From: Gemmatales bacterium
Lineage (GTDB): Bacteria > Planctomycetota > Planctomycetia > Gemmatales > HRBIN36
Assembly (NCBI GenBank): GCA_041640595.1
Contig: JBEPZY010000003.1
Coordinates: forward strand, 1-64,000
Length of the DNA: 64,000 nt
Reading direction: 5' to 3'
The position numbers were made by a program, and so were the translations under genes. This document shows, piece after piece, positions 1-11,076 of this stretch. Within the stretch, counting starts at the first letter, position 1, and every line of letters begins with the position of its first letter. Below the pieces are notes generated by a model that did no database searches, was not told the DNA's origin, and saw only the letters and a list, made by a program, of their open reading frames with translations.

Positions 1-852
1 GCGGCCCTCGGTGCACTCTTCGCCATCCAGCAGCAAAACCACCGCCGCGAACACGCCGAATTGCAAGGTCAATTCGCCCTGAAACTTGACGAGCTGACGA
101 AGAACATTGAAGGCCGGTTGGATGATTTACGCCAGCAGGAACTCGACCCGCTGAAACAGGAAGCTGGCCAATCGAAAAACCTCGACGAACGCCTCAAGAA
201 ACTAGAGGGAGCACTCAGCGGCTTATCCAAACAGATTTCCGACGTAAGCAAAAAGCTGCATCAGTCCGGAGAGGATAGCAAAGAGCTACAGGATGCGCTG
301 GAGCAAATGTACAGAGAGGTAGGAAAACTCCGCCAAGAAGTCCGGGAGTTAAAACAATCCTTAATCCGTGAGTTGACGGTCAACCTAGAGAGCAAGCTCA
401 CGGACGACAACCGGCTGGTGTTCTCCGGCAAAACCGAGTTTCCGCCAGCCGCTGACATTTATGAGGCGCAGCTTTACAGGAATGCTGAAGCTGTTTCAGA
501 CAGAGTGCAGCAAAGTTCCAGACTGAAAACTCTGACGGACATCCAGCTGGTTCGCCAGTTCGGAGACGCAACTGGTGTCAGCCTGGTGCTAGCTTTGCCG
601 GCCAAGCCTGGTGCGGAACTTGAATTGCGCTCGAATTTACCGCAGCGACTGCGCGAGCTTGAAGTTGGCAGGGACAGACCGAAGAGCCTAGAGCAATTCG
701 AGAAGTTTCTGCAAGGTCTGGAACTTCGGCTGGTGGATCGCAAAGGCACGGTCTGGCTTGTCAAACTCGAATGCCGTCTTTCCGACGAGGACAGAAGGCG
801 ATTGCTGCAGGCGGAGCCGGTGTTCAAAAAGCCGCTCTTGGACTTGAAATAA
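1..852 (+). CDS. Coiled-coil hypothetical protein, 5'-truncated by the window edge
   Basis: Frame 1 is open from base 1 to TAA at 850-852; heptad-rich N-half (LDERLKKLEGALSGLSKQISDVSKKL). Confidence 0.75.
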   Translation, partial: AALGALFAIQQQNHRREHAELQGQFALKLDELTKNIEGRLDDLRQQELDPLKQEAGQSKNLDERLKKLEGALSGLSKQISDVSKKLHQSGEDSKELQDALEQMYREVGKLRQEVRELKQSLIRELTVNLESKLTDDNRLVFSGKTEFPPAADIYEAQLYRNAEAVSDRVQQSSRLKTLTDIQLVRQFGDATGVSLVLALPAKPGAELELRSNLPQRLRELEVGRDRPKSLEQFEKFLQGLELRLVDRKGTVWLVKLECRLSDEDRRRLLQAEPVFKKPLLDLK

Positions 853-904
853 CGTCAGAGTCATTCAGCTCGCGGGACGCTAAACTATTTCAGGGAGCAG
901 CAGC

Positions 905-1984
905 ATGCCGCGGGTGCAGGAAGTGATTAGTCGGATACAGGCGGTGATGCGATCGGGCGACCTTCGCGCAACCGAGGATTTGTTGCAGTTGGCCAATCAG
1001 TATAAGGAGATTTGCGAAAGCACGTTACGCCGATTGCAGCGCTGCGACGAGTATCTCTTCCAGGGCCGTTATCCGGAAGCGATCCACTTAGCTTCGCAAC
1101 CACCGCCGTTATTAGAGCTGGTCGGCGTGCTTAATTTCCCGGAAGCGCAGGGCTGGCACGACACCATTCTGATGTACAACTGGCCGGCAGCACCGCGGAT
1201 CAACCCGGAACAGGTTACCGAACTCAACCTTGCTTTCGGCGTCTATCCCACTGTGGAGCCGTTGTTCCGCGAATACAGGTCTCTCGTGCTCAACAAAGGG
1301 CCGATCGCAGAACGGTTGCGGGTTTTGCGGGAAATAGAAACCCGGCTGGGCAAAGTGCTCCCGGCCATAGATAAGCAAATCCGCGAACTGGAAGCAGAGC
1401 GATTGAAGACGCTGGATGCGGAACTGCAACAGGCCATCCAGCGCCAGGAGACGGAAACTGTCAAACGCCTCTTCGCCGACCTGACCGATCCGCGCTGGCG
1501 TAGTCCGGTGCCGCAAAATCTGCTGCAAATGGCTACCGCTTATATGCAAAAAATCCAGGTTCAGGAGCTCCGCCAGCAGCTCGAGCGTGTCGGTCAGCGC
1601 CTGCACAAAGCCATGCTCCAGCGCGACTTCAATGCCGGTCAGCAACTGCTCCAGGAGTGGCATCAGCTGGCTACGCAACTGGGGCTGAACACCGCCGATC
1701 CATTGTGGATGCGCTATCGCCAGCCGCTCGACTGGGTGCGCGAACTGACCGAGGTATATGCTGTGGCCTGCAAGCCGGATGTGACCACCGATGAACTGGC
1801 CGCGTATGAGCAGGTGGTCTTTCGCTGGCGGAAGTTTTTGCCACCTTACCTGGAACAGATTTACGAACAAGCCCTCGAGGAGGCGCACACCATTGAAACC
1901 CGCTGGCGGCAAACGCTGGTAGCCATCGCGGTGCTGGGCTGCCTGATTTTGTTCGTGCTGGTACTCTTTTTCCTGACCCGATGA
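905..1984 (+). CDS. Helical hypothetical protein with C-terminal transmembrane anchor
   Basis: 359-aa ORF, GGAG upstream of ATG, hydrophobic tail LVAIAVLGCLILFVLVLFFL; stop overlaps next start (ATGA). Confidence 0.85.
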   Translation: MPRVQEVISRIQAVMRSGDLRATEDLLQLANQYKEICESTLRRLQRCDEYLFQGRYPEAIHLASQPPPLLELVGVLNFPEAQGWHDTILMYNWPAAPRINPEQVTELNLAFGVYPTVEPLFREYRSLVLNKGPIAERLRVLREIETRLGKVLPAIDKQIRELEAERLKTLDAELQQAIQRQETETVKRLFADLTDPRWRSPVPQNLLQMATAYMQKIQVQELRQQLERVGQRLHKAMLQRDFNAGQQLLQEWHQLATQLGLNTADPLWMRYRQPLDWVRELTEVYAVACKPDVTTDELAAYEQVVFRWRKFLPPYLEQIYEQALEEAHTIETRWRQTLVAIAVLGCLILFVLVLFFLTR

Positions 1985-3159
1985 AACAGGAGTCGACCAT
2001 GTCCCAGACGAACTACTACGTGCGGTTGGGTATGCAACTGATGGGGCCGTTCAGTCTCGACCAGCTCAGGGCTTTGAAAGACCGAGGCCGGTTGCAACCG
2101 TTTCACAGTATCTCCACCGATGGCCGCACCTGGCAACCCGCCAGCACCCTGACGGAACTGTTTCCACCGGAACCGCCTCCGGCCAGTGCCAATCCCGCGC
2201 CTTCGGTTGCGCCAGGCGCGCCGGCTGCCGTGGGTCCCGAGCAGGACGCCTGGTATTACCTGGACGCTAACGGCCAGCAAGCCGGACCGGTTTCAGGTTG
2301 GAAATTGCTCGAGTTGTATCATAATGGTGCAATCAGACGGGACACGTTTGTTTGGAAGCCAGGGCTGGACCAGTGGAAGCCTCTGGAGCATGTCTATCCG
2401 TTGCCGAGTCCCACATTACAAACAACAGTGCGAACTCAGCTCGGAGTTAGTGCACCCGATCTGGCGCGGTGGTCCCTGAGCGCCCTTCGAATTGCCATGA
2501 TGGTGGAGGTCGGATTGGCCGTACTCGGGCCCCTCCTTATCATCTTGCAAGCGGAATCATCGCTTCAGGAATTTATCTTAGACCTGCTCAGAAACGAAAT
2601 TCCTGCGGGGGTTGGCAGGTTGCGGTGGTTCTTTTTTACTCTGATTGTGATCGCGCTAATGGAACTTGCCGTGACCGCTACAGAGGGGATAAGCATTTTG
2701 GGTCTGGCCTTTGCGTCAACGAAGCAAGATACCGGGGCTCGTTCGGCTGGCATGGCGGGTTCTATCGTTCTTCTGGTGGGACTGCTTGGCATAATTATGG
2801 CACTGGTGTTCCTTATCCTTCTACTTCCAGCCACCTTTATCTACACCACTTTTGTGGCCGGGCTTGTGCTATCCGCCGGATGGTTCCTCGTTTTGCTATT
2901 TCTGCGTCTATTGGCACAGGATGCTGGAGCTAACGCACTCAAAAGTGAGTTTGGCTATCAGATGTTGATGTATGCAATAGCCAGCGCAGCCGTGGCGGTT
3001 GCCGAACTGGTGATAATAAGAGCGAACCAAGATGTGGGAGCGACCCTCGTGGAATTACTCTCTGTTGCCGGATGGATCGCGTGGCTGGCGGTGAATATCT
3101 GGACGGTCGTTTGCTTATACAGGTTGCCGCGGTTTCTCGGGCTTAGTGCTCAACGTTAA
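1981..3159 (+). CDS. Tandem GYF_2 (DUF4339)-domain multi-pass membrane protein
   Basis: Two GYF_2-like motifs (YYVRLGMQLMGPFSLDQL..W; WYYLDANGQQAGPVS..VWKPGLDQWKPL) followed by about 6 TM helices; start may be ATG 1999. Confidence 0.85.
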   Translation: MKQESTMSQTNYYVRLGMQLMGPFSLDQLRALKDRGRLQPFHSISTDGRTWQPASTLTELFPPEPPPASANPAPSVAPGAPAAVGPEQDAWYYLDANGQQAGPVSGWKLLELYHNGAIRRDTFVWKPGLDQWKPLEHVYPLPSPTLQTTVRTQLGVSAPDLARWSLSALRIAMMVEVGLAVLGPLLIILQAESSLQEFILDLLRNEIPAGVGRLRWFFFTLIVIALMELAVTATEGISILGLAFASTKQDTGARSAGMAGSIVLLVGLLGIIMALVFLILLLPATFIYTTFVAGLVLSAGWFLVLLFLRLLAQDAGANALKSEFGYQMLMYAIASAAVAVAELVIIRANQDVGATLVELLSVAGWIAWLAVNIWTVVCLYRLPRFLGLSAQR

Positions 3160-3512
3160 GCCCCTGAATTCGGCTGCGGTCGTGGCGCTTCCTCAGGTCA
3201 GTTGGCCAGAAGCGTTGATTCATATTTTTTCCAGTGGCGAAGGAGCAACAGCCAACGACCCGGATACCTCGTGACACGCGAAGCCTAAACCCAGTTACGC
3301 TACCGGAGCTGGAGCGAAATAACTCGCCAAGGAATGGAAGCGGTTGTGCCGCCGGCGGTTCCTGCGGAGAATTGTTTCGAGAAGACGAACCGCCTTCGGT
3401 GCGAGTGTCTGGCGATTCTCTGCGCTTTTGTAGCGCCGTTCGCTAGCCGGGAAGCCGGGGAAAGTTTGCCGAGGGAACTTTGGCCGGGGTACCTGGCGTG
3501 ACCGAGACCCTC

Positions 3513-3541
3513 TTGAACCAGCCTGCGGCAGGTAATATTTT
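3513..3541 (+). promoter_or_regulatory. Putative sigma70-type promoter for the DUF1549/1553 operon
   Basis: TTGAAC-N17-TATTTT in an AT-rich patch bracketed by the inverted repeat CGGCAGG...CCTGCCG. Confidence 0.3.
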
Positions 3542-3651
3542 AATAGATAGCCTGCCGAACAACCCGCCGCTTTTGTCCTGCCCATACCTTCTCCAACGGA
3601 CTTTCCCGCCGTCGGACCAGCAATCCAACACGCTTATTCAGGAAGCCTGCC

Positions 3652-6315
3652 ATGACGCGAAGGTTTTGCGACCGTGAACGGACAAATGAGATCGGCGTTG
3701 TGAATGAAATCGCGCGACGCTATGCTCGTGCCGACTCCGCTACTGCCGACCGGATGCCGAGGGTAAGGCGCGAGGACAGCGGATCTTCCCGGCGTCAGAG
3801 GAAAGTCGTTACCGGACTGTTCCGCTGGTTCGGGTCAAGCACCGCGTTAGTGGCGATGATTGCGAGCCTATGGTGTGCGGTGCTGGTCTGGGCTTACGAT
3901 GCGGCCAAGCCGACGGAAACGAAAGGGCCGACGGTCAGCCCGCCGACGGCGCCGCTGGTACGTCTGGAAGTGTTGCCCAGCGAAATTGTGCTCGATGGTC
4001 CGCGGGCTCGCCAGCAAATTGTCGTGCTCGGTCATCATCAGGATGGCCGCCTCTGGGACTGGACACGCCAGGCGAAATTGACACCGTCCGGCTCGCAGAT
4101 TCGGGTGGAGCAGGCGATTGTCTATCCGCAGAGCGACGGGCAGACGGTACTGGTCGTGGAAGTGCAGGGGCAGCGGGCTACGGTGCCGGTAAAAGTGCAG
4201 CGAGCCAACGCCGATGTTCCGGTCAGTTTCAGCATGGAGATTATTCCGGTGCTGAACAAACTGGGTTGCAATCAGGGAGCCTGCCACGGTGCCCAGTACG
4301 GTCGCGGCGGGTTCAAACTGAGCCTCCTGGGTTTCGACCCAATCAGCGATTATGCGGAAATAGTACGCAGTGCCGAAGGTCGGCGAGTGGTCTTGAGCGA
4401 ACCGGAACGCAGCATCCTGCTGGCAAAACCGTCGCTGGAAATGGAACACGGTGGCGGCGAGCGGATGAAACGCGGTTCGTGGGAATATACGTTGATCAAA
4501 TCCTGGCTGGAGGATGGTGCTCCGCCACCGACACCTCAGGACCCGGAAGCTGCCCGTCTGGAAATCCTGCCCGCTCGCCGTCTCATGAAGCCTGGTGAGT
4601 ATCAGCAACTGATCGTGCGAGTCGTCTGGAGCAATGGGCGCGTCGAGGATGTAACGCCGCTGGCTCAATACGACAGTCTCAACGACGGCCTGGCCAGCGT
4701 TACGCCGAACGGTCTGGTGCAATGCCTGGCAAAGGGCGAAACTTATATTATGGTGCGGTTCTGTGGGCAGGCGGCGGTCTTCCAGGTCACCTCCCCGTAC
4801 ACCGATACGCCGGTGAGTTTCGATTTTCCGACCAACAACTACATTGACCAGTTGCTGGCGGCGAAGTGGCGGAATCTGGGGCTGACACCGTCGCCGATAT
4901 GCTCGGATGCGGAGTTTCTGCGGCGGATCTACCTCGACACGATCGGCACGTTACCCACACCGGAAGAAATTCGGGCGTTCCTCGCCGACACCAGCCCGGA
5001 TAAGCGGCAAAAGGCGATTGACCGCGTGCTGAATCGTCCCGAGTTCGTGGACTTCTGGGCTCTCAAGTGGGGCGATCTGCTCCGCAACAACCGCGACCTG
5101 CTTCAGCAAAAAGGAATGTGGAGCCTGCACAACTGGATTCGTGCTTCGTTGCGGGATAACAAGCCGCTGGATCAATTCGTCCGCGAACTGATTACCGCCC
5201 AGGGCAGCACCTACGCCGAGGGCCCGGCCAACTTTTACCGACTCGGTCGCACTCCGGGCGATTGGGCGGAAATGACCAGCCAGGTCTTTCTGGGTATTCG
5301 TGTGCAATGCGCCCAGTGCCATCATCATCCTTTCGAGAAATGGAGCCAGGACGATTACTGGGGCCTGGCGGCCTTCTTTGCCCGTGTCGGAACGAAAAAC
5401 AGTCAGGAGTATGGTCTGTTTGGCCGTGAGACCGTCGTCTATTTGCGACCGACTGGGGAAGTATCACACCCGCGTAAAGGCGGAGTCGTCAAGCCGAAAC
5501 CGTTTGAAGGCCAGCCCATCTCCGACGACAGCAGCGACCGTCGGGTGAAACTGGCCGAATGGCTTACCTCACCAGATAACCCCTACTTCGCCCGCAATTT
5601 TGCCAACCGGTTCTGGGGCTATTTCATGGGTCGCGGTCTGGTCGAACCACTGGACGACATGCGGGCCACCAATCCGCCGACCAATCCGGAACTCCTCGAC
5701 GCCCTGGCCAGAGACCTGGTGGAACACCGTTTCGATGTCAAGCATCTGATGCGGACCATCATGAATTCGCGGGCTTATCAGTTGAGTGCCGAAGTTACGC
5801 CGGGCAACGCCGTGGACAAGGAAAATCTGTACTACGCCCGACGGACTGTGCGACGGTTGACCGCAGAACAACTGGCCGATGCCATTGATTTCGCCACCGG
5901 CACGCAGACGAAATACCAGGGACTCCCGCTGGGCACCCGGGCCATCCAGCTTCCCGATACGTCGGTGCCTTCGTACTTGCTGGATGTGTTGGGCCGTCCG
6001 CCTCGCGTAGTCACCTGCGAATGTGAGCGCAGTCTGTCGCCGAACCTGGCAGCAGCATTGCACCTGCTCAACGGCGATGTCGTCAATCAGAAGATTCGCC
6101 AGCCCGGTGGCCGGATTGACCGACTCTTCCAGCAAAAGAAGCCGCTTCCCGAAATCGTCGAGGAACTTTATCTGGTCACGCTTTCCCGTCCGCCTTCGCC
6201 GGAAGAAATGCAGGCGGCTCTAAAGGAGATCGAGCAGAGCGGCAATCCCCGCGTCGGTGTCGAAGATTTGCTCTGGACGCTGATTAACTCCCGCGCCTTC
6301 CTATTCAACTATTGA
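3652..6315 (+). CDS. DUF1549/DUF1553 (PSCyt2/PSD1) protein with Ig-like (BIG2) domains
   Basis: [67 protein letters not shown] motifs; the true start may lie further downstream. Confidence 0.92.
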   Translation: MTRRFCDRERTNEIGVVNEIARRYARADSATADRMPRVRREDSGSSRRQRKVVTGLFRWFGSSTALVAMIASLWCAVLVWAYDAAKPTETKGPTVSPPTAPLVRLEVLPSEIVLDGPRARQQIVVLGHHQDGRLWDWTRQAKLTPSGSQIRVEQAIVYPQSDGQTVLVVEVQGQRATVPVKVQRANADVPVSFSMEIIPVLNKLGCNQGACHGAQYGRGGFKLSLLGFDPISDYAEIVRSAEGRRVVLSEPERSILLAKPSLEMEHGGGERMKRGSWEYTLIKSWLEDGAPPPTPQDPEAARLEILPARRLMKPGEYQQLIVRVVWSNGRVEDVTPLAQYDSLNDGLASVTPNGLVQCLAKGETYIMVRFCGQAAVFQVTSPYTDTPVSFDFPTNNYIDQLLAAKWRNLGLTPSPICSDAEFLRRIYLDTIGTLPTPEEIRAFLADTSPDKRQKAIDRVLNRPEFVDFWALKWGDLLRNNRDLLQQKGMWSLHNWIRASLRDNKPLDQFVRELITAQGSTYAEGPANFYRLGRTPGDWAEMTSQVFLGIRVQCAQCHHHPFEKWSQDDYWGLAAFFARVGTKNSQEYGLFGRETVVYLRPTGEVSHPRKGGVVKPKPFEGQPISDDSSDRRVKLAEWLTSPDNPYFARNFANRFWGYFMGRGLVEPLDDMRATNPPTNPELLDALARDLVEHRFDVKHLMRTIMNSRAYQLSAEVTPGNAVDKENLYYARRTVRRLTAEQLADAIDFATGTQTKYQGLPLGTRAIQLPDTSVPSYLLDVLGRPPRVVTCECERSLSPNLAAALHLLNGDVVNQKIRQPGGRIDRLFQQKKPLPEIVEELYLVTLSRPPSPEEMQAALKEIEQSGNPRVGVEDLLWTLINSRAFLFNY

Positions 6316-6346
6316 AGTCCCCGCCCGCCTCCAAGGAGTAGCAGCG

Positions 6347-8005
6347 ATGCGATATCCGCTGACGTTCCTGGTGATTTTTTCCCTGACGGCCACGGTCGCC
6401 GCCCAGACGCAGAAGCCGCCTACTTACTGGGAAGACATCCGGCCGATTTTCCGCAAATACTGCACTGTTTGTCATAGTGCCAAGAATCTCAAGGAGGTGG
6501 AAGTTTCCGGCGGCCTGGCACTGGACAGCTACGAAGCCGCTCTCAAAGCTCCGAAAAATCCGGTCATCGTTCCCGGCAAGAGTCAGCAAAGCCTGCTGGT
6601 GCAATTGCTGCTGACCACGGACGAAGATCGGCGCATGCCCAAGGGCTCGTCCCAGCCGTTGCCGAAGGAGGTGATTGAGCGGATCGCCCGCTGGATTGAC
6701 GCCGGCGCTCCGGAAGGAAATCGGCCGGAGGAGACGATGACCACCACAGCGAGCACACCGCGACGGGTGCGGCATCTCGACGTGCTGCTTCGCACCAATG
6801 CCATACCCCCGGCCGAACTGGTGCAGGGAAAAAAGCCAGCTCCGGTCGAATTGGTGCTACCAGTCGGGCCGCTGGCGCCGGTTACCGCTCTGCGGTTCCA
6901 TCCCGGCAAACCCTGGCTGGCAGTGGGTCAGTACGGCCAGGTAACTATCTGGGACCTGACCCAGGCGAGTCCGATTCGCGTGCTCACCAACGTCCTGGGC
7001 GCTGTTCACGATCTTCGCTTCAGCCCAGACGGCACTCTCCTGGCCGTGGCAGGTGGGCAACCTTCCTTCAAGGGAGATGTGCGCCTTTACCGCACCGATA
7101 GCTGGGAGTTGACCAGTGTGCTTCGCGGCCACGAGGATTGTGTCTATAGCGTCGCCTTTTCGCCGGACGGCAAGCGGCTAGCCTCGGCCAGTTTCGATAA
7201 AACCGTGCGCATCTGGAACCTGCAAACTCAGCATGCCGATACGGTCATTACGGGCCATTCTGATTTCGTTTACGCCGTCGTATTCAGCCCTGATGGCAAA
7301 TGGCTGGCCAGCGCCAGTAAAGACCGCTCGGTCAAACTTTTCGATGCCACTACCGGGCAAAGCCTCGTGACTTTGAGCGGTATGAATCAGGATGTTACCG
7401 CTCTGGCCTTGCATCCGGCTGGCAAGGAACTGGTTTCGGCAGGATTTGAACCGGCGTTGGTCTGGTGGCGAACTGATCTGGCCGGCAAAGCAGCGCAGGC
7501 TTCCCGTACCGACGCCAGTTCCGGTCAGCGTCTCCGCACTCAAGGTGGTCACGGTTCGACCGTGTATGAGCTTGCCTTCTCACCCGACGGTAAGCTACTG
7601 GCCAGCGCCAGCGCCGATGGCACGGTGCGGTTATGGAACGGCGAAAGTGGAGCCCCGCTGCAAACCATCTCGGTCGGTTCGGTGCAGTACGCCGTCGCCT
7701 GGCGCCATGATCTTGCTCAGCTGGCAGCGGGCGGTTTCGATGGCATAGTTCGACTTTACGATAGCAAGACCGCTCGCCTGCTCGCATTGCTGGTCTGCTT
7801 GCCTCCGGAAAACGGTCAGCCACGCTGGCTCGCCCTGAGTCCGGAAGGCTACCTTGCTTTTGCTCCGGCGTTGCAGTCGCAATTGAAATGGCGGCTGCAA
7901 AACCAGAGTGTCCAGTCCACGCCTTTACCCGCCGCTCTGCTCCAGCCGGAACGCCTCCGCCAGGCTATCGCGGGACAGAGCCTGCCATCGCCTTTCCAAA
8001 AATAA
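6347..8005 (+). CDS. Planctomycete cytochrome c (PSCyt1) + WD40 repeat protein
   Basis: Signal peptide, CTVCH heme motif, RMP..WIDAGA, then WD repeats ([30 protein letters not shown]); AAGGAG RBS. Confidence 0.92.
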   Translation: MRYPLTFLVIFSLTATVAAQTQKPPTYWEDIRPIFRKYCTVCHSAKNLKEVEVSGGLALDSYEAALKAPKNPVIVPGKSQQSLLVQLLLTTDEDRRMPKGSSQPLPKEVIERIARWIDAGAPEGNRPEETMTTTASTPRRVRHLDVLLRTNAIPPAELVQGKKPAPVELVLPVGPLAPVTALRFHPGKPWLAVGQYGQVTIWDLTQASPIRVLTNVLGAVHDLRFSPDGTLLAVAGGQPSFKGDVRLYRTDSWELTSVLRGHEDCVYSVAFSPDGKRLASASFDKTVRIWNLQTQHADTVITGHSDFVYAVVFSPDGKWLASASKDRSVKLFDATTGQSLVTLSGMNQDVTALALHPAGKELVSAGFEPALVWWRTDLAGKAAQASRTDASSGQRLRTQGGHGSTVYELAFSPDGKLLASASADGTVRLWNGESGAPLQTISVGSVQYAVAWRHDLAQLAAGGFDGIVRLYDSKTARLLALLVCLPPENGQPRWLALSPEGYLAFAPALQSQLKWRLQNQSVQSTPLPAALLQPERLRQAIAGQSLPSPFQK

Positions 8006-8073
8006 AGGGACAATTTGCCATCGCAAAATAGCACTAATGGTTCCGTCGCCCGGCATAAGTGAGAGTCTCTGCC

Positions 8074-10167
8074 ATGCTCAGCCGTCATTCAGCTCTGGTG
8101 ATTGTTTTCGCGGGGTGGTTGGCCTGGTCGCCATGCCAGGCGCAGATTTCCTATCCCATGATTACGCATACGCATCCGGTAGCGGTGCAGCGTGGCCGTA
8201 CGAGTGAAGTCGAAGTTGCAGGAGCCCAGAATTTTCTGGATGCTTATCGAACCGTGTTCGAGAACGACGATGTGCAGGCGGAGGTTATCTCACCAAAAGA
8301 GCCGCCAAAACCGGACAAAACTGGTGCCTTGCCGGTAGTGCGTTCGGTTCGGCTACGCGTTACGCCGAAGGCCGACGCTTTGCCCGGCCCACGGGAATTC
8401 CGCATCGCTACCCGGCTCGGATTATCGAGCATCGGCCAGCTCGTGGTGGTCGAAGACCCGGTCATCGTCGAACAGGGTTCGAATAATACTCGCGAAACGG
8501 CGAATAAAGTCTCTGTTCCCTGCGTAGTTTGCGGTAAAATCGAGGCTGCTGAAGATGTGGATTGGTTCGCCTTCGAGGTCAAACCCGGCCAAACGTTATC
8601 CTTCGAGGTGTATTGTGCTCGTTTGCAGGATAAAATCCATGACCTGCAAAAACACGCCGACCCGATCATCGCCCTTTACGACGCCAGCGGTCGTGAGCTG
8701 GCCAGCAACGACGACTTTTACTTCGCCGACCCTTATTTAGCCTATCATTTCAAGGAAGGCGGCACCTATTACTTGCAAATCCGCGACGCTATATATGACG
8801 GCGACCCTCGCTGGGTGTACGCCATCTGTATTCACGACCGGCCCTATGCAACGCAGGTATTTCCGCTGGCGGTTTCGCCAGGAAAGACGATTACAGTGGA
8901 GCCGATCGGGCCGGCTCGCCAGGCCAATCAGGCGACACTAAGCATTCCCGCCCAGCTTAATGGCATTCAGCGTGTACCGATGCAGATTGCCGGGAAATCC
9001 GCTAATCCCGTGGGTGTCTATGTAACCTCCTTGCCCGCCGTTATAGAACAGGAACCAAACGATGCACCGGAGCAGGCCCCGCTTGTGCAGTTGCCTGTCT
9101 GTATCAATGGCCGCATTAATAAACCGGGCGATGTGGATTGTTTTCGCGTGAGCTTGAAAAAAGGCCAGGCGATTCGTGCGGAAGTGTTTGCCCGAAGGTT
9201 CGGCACCGAACTAACATCGCCTCTGGATGCCAGCTTAGATGTCTTGGATGCGAAAAGAAACGTGCTGGCCAGTAATGACGATACTTCCGCCGCTATTAAA
9301 GACCCGTCGCTGACGTTTACCGCTCCTAATGATGGTGAGTATATTTTCCGCGTGCGCGATTTGTTCAACAAAGGCGGCGAAGATTTCGTCTATGCTTTGG
9401 AAATCGGCCCGGCTCTACCGGACTTCGTTTTGCGCTGCGACGGCGACAAAGCCTGGTTGGTGCCAGGCGGAAGTATGGCCTGGTATGTTCAGGTAACGCG
9501 ATTAAACGGTTTTGCCGGTCCCGTCAGTGTCACCATCGAGGGCCTCCCGGCGGGAATCCAGGTCAATCCGCTGGTGATCCCACCAAACATGACACAGGGA
9601 TTGCTGGTGCTAACGGCATCGCCGGATGCTAAACCGGCCGTGCAGAACGTGCGTGTGGTCGGCCTGGCGCAGTTGCCGGGTCCCGATGGGAAAGAGCGAA
9701 CCGTCGAGCGGGTGGCTGTCGCTATGCAGGAGATTTATTTCCCCGGTGGCGGTCGGGGACGCTTCGATGTTCAGATGCACACGGTGGCGATTGTGGAACG
9801 TGCTGATGTGCTGCAGGTAGAAGCTATTCCCAATCGCATCACCTTGAAACCAGGCGAGGAAGTTAAGATTGCCGTTCGCGTGCATCGCCATCCCGACTAT
9901 AAGGGCAATATAGGTCTTGATGTCATGCTGCGACACTTAGGAACGGTGTATGGCAATCCGTTGCCGCCCGGCGTGACTATGGTGGAAGGGAAAAGCAAGA
10001 CCTTACTTGGCCCGGCCAGCGAAGGTCATATTGTTCTGCGTGCCGCTCCCGATGCTCCACCCTGTCAGGATGTCCCCATCTCCGTGCTGGCTCAGGTCTC
10101 GATTAACTTCGTCGTCAAGATCAGCTATTCCAGTCCGCCTATACTCCTGACCATTTCGCCGAAATAG
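8074..10167 (+). CDS. Secreted protein with repeated pre-peptidase C-terminal (PPC)-like domains
   Basis: Signal peptide; EQEPND, GRINKPGDVDCF and DPIIALYDASGRELASNDD motifs typical of planctomycete PPC proteins; GTG 8059 is an alternative start. Confidence 0.85.
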   Translation: MLSRHSALVIVFAGWLAWSPCQAQISYPMITHTHPVAVQRGRTSEVEVAGAQNFLDAYRTVFENDDVQAEVISPKEPPKPDKTGALPVVRSVRLRVTPKADALPGPREFRIATRLGLSSIGQLVVVEDPVIVEQGSNNTRETANKVSVPCVVCGKIEAAEDVDWFAFEVKPGQTLSFEVYCARLQDKIHDLQKHADPIIALYDASGRELASNDDFYFADPYLAYHFKEGGTYYLQIRDAIYDGDPRWVYAICIHDRPYATQVFPLAVSPGKTITVEPIGPARQANQATLSIPAQLNGIQRVPMQIAGKSANPVGVYVTSLPAVIEQEPNDAPEQAPLVQLPVCINGRINKPGDVDCFRVSLKKGQAIRAEVFARRFGTELTSPLDASLDVLDAKRNVLASNDDTSAAIKDPSLTFTAPNDGEYIFRVRDLFNKGGEDFVYALEIGPALPDFVLRCDGDKAWLVPGGSMAWYVQVTRLNGFAGPVSVTIEGLPAGIQVNPLVIPPNMTQGLLVLTASPDAKPAVQNVRVVGLAQLPGPDGKERTVERVAVAMQEIYFPGGGRGRFDVQMHTVAIVERADVLQVEAIPNRITLKPGEEVKIAVRVHRHPDYKGNIGLDVMLRHLGTVYGNPLPPGVTMVEGKSKTLLGPASEGHIVLRAAPDAPPCQDVPISVLAQVSINFVVKISYSSPPILLTISPK

Positions 10168-10176
10168 CACGAGTCT

Positions 10177-10644
10177 ATGCGCATCTATACATTGGAACAA
10201 GAGAATCTGGTGCCCTGTCCGCTGGATCAAGCATTTGCCTTTTTCGGTAATCCGTACAATCTCAATAAGATCACGCCGCCCTGGTTGGACTTTTCTATTC
10301 TTTATGCTCCGCAGGAAATCTATCGCGGCTGCATCCTTTACTATCGGCTGAAGTTACATGGCGTGCCGATTACCTGGGTAACGCAAATTGTCGAATGGGA
10401 CCCACCCCGGCGATTTGTGGATATTCAGCTGATCGGCCCGTATCGGCTCTGGCATCACCTGCACGAATTCGAGCCAGGGGAAAATGGGACGCTTATCCGG
10501 GATGTTGTGAATTATGCGCTCCCTTTGGGCTGGCTGGGTCGGCTGGCACACAGGTTATTCGTTCGCCGCGACTTAGAACGTATCTTTGCTTATCGCCAGG
10601 AAATGCTGGGTCAGTTACTGGGCGGAACTAACCCAGTACGGTGA
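10177..10644 (+). CDS. SRPBCC family protein
   Basis: FAFF..PYNLNKITPPWL, FVDIQLIGPYRLWHHLHEF motif. Confidence 0.88.
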   Translation: MRIYTLEQENLVPCPLDQAFAFFGNPYNLNKITPPWLDFSILYAPQEIYRGCILYYRLKLHGVPITWVTQIVEWDPPRRFVDIQLIGPYRLWHHLHEFEPGENGTLIRDVVNYALPLGWLGRLAHRLFVRRDLERIFAYRQEMLGQLLGGTNPVR

Positions 10645-11041
10645 CCAGGAGCGTTCGCTCTCGCGGACGGATATCGCATTCCAGACAGATGATCTGCTGC
10701 CAGGTGCCGAGTTGCAAATTGCCCTCGTGAACGGGAACACTTAGAGAAGGGCCTAATAAAGTGGCCTGTAAATGGGAGTGGGCGTTGCCGTCATGCCAGG
10801 TTTGTTCATGGCCATAATGGCGACCCGGCGGGATAAGCTTATCGAGAATGGCCGGCAAATCCTGTCGCAATCCCGGCTCGAATTCGATGGTGCCCACGGC
10901 AAAGGTGCTGCCGACACAGAAGATATTGACCAGACCGTTTCGTATGCCGGACTGTTGAACAATCTGACGGATTCTCGGGGTTAGGTCCTGCATATCACCG
11001 TGACCGGCGGTCTTGATATGCAGGGATTCCTGGTAAATCAT
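10628..11041 (-). CDS. yjbQ: YjbQ / UPF0047 family protein
   Basis: DGNAHSHLQATLLGPS and LQLGTWQQI motifs; GGAGG RBS. Confidence 0.9.
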   Translation of the reverse strand: MIYQESLHIKTAGHGDMQDLTPRIRQIVQQSGIRNGLVNIFCVGSTFAVGTIEFEPGLRQDLPAILDKLIPPGRHYGHEQTWHDGNAHSHLQATLLGPSLSVPVHEGNLQLGTWQQIICLECDIRPRERTLLVTVLG

Positions 11042-11076
11042 ATTTATGCCTCCGTCGCTTTGTAAAGATTAGTTGC

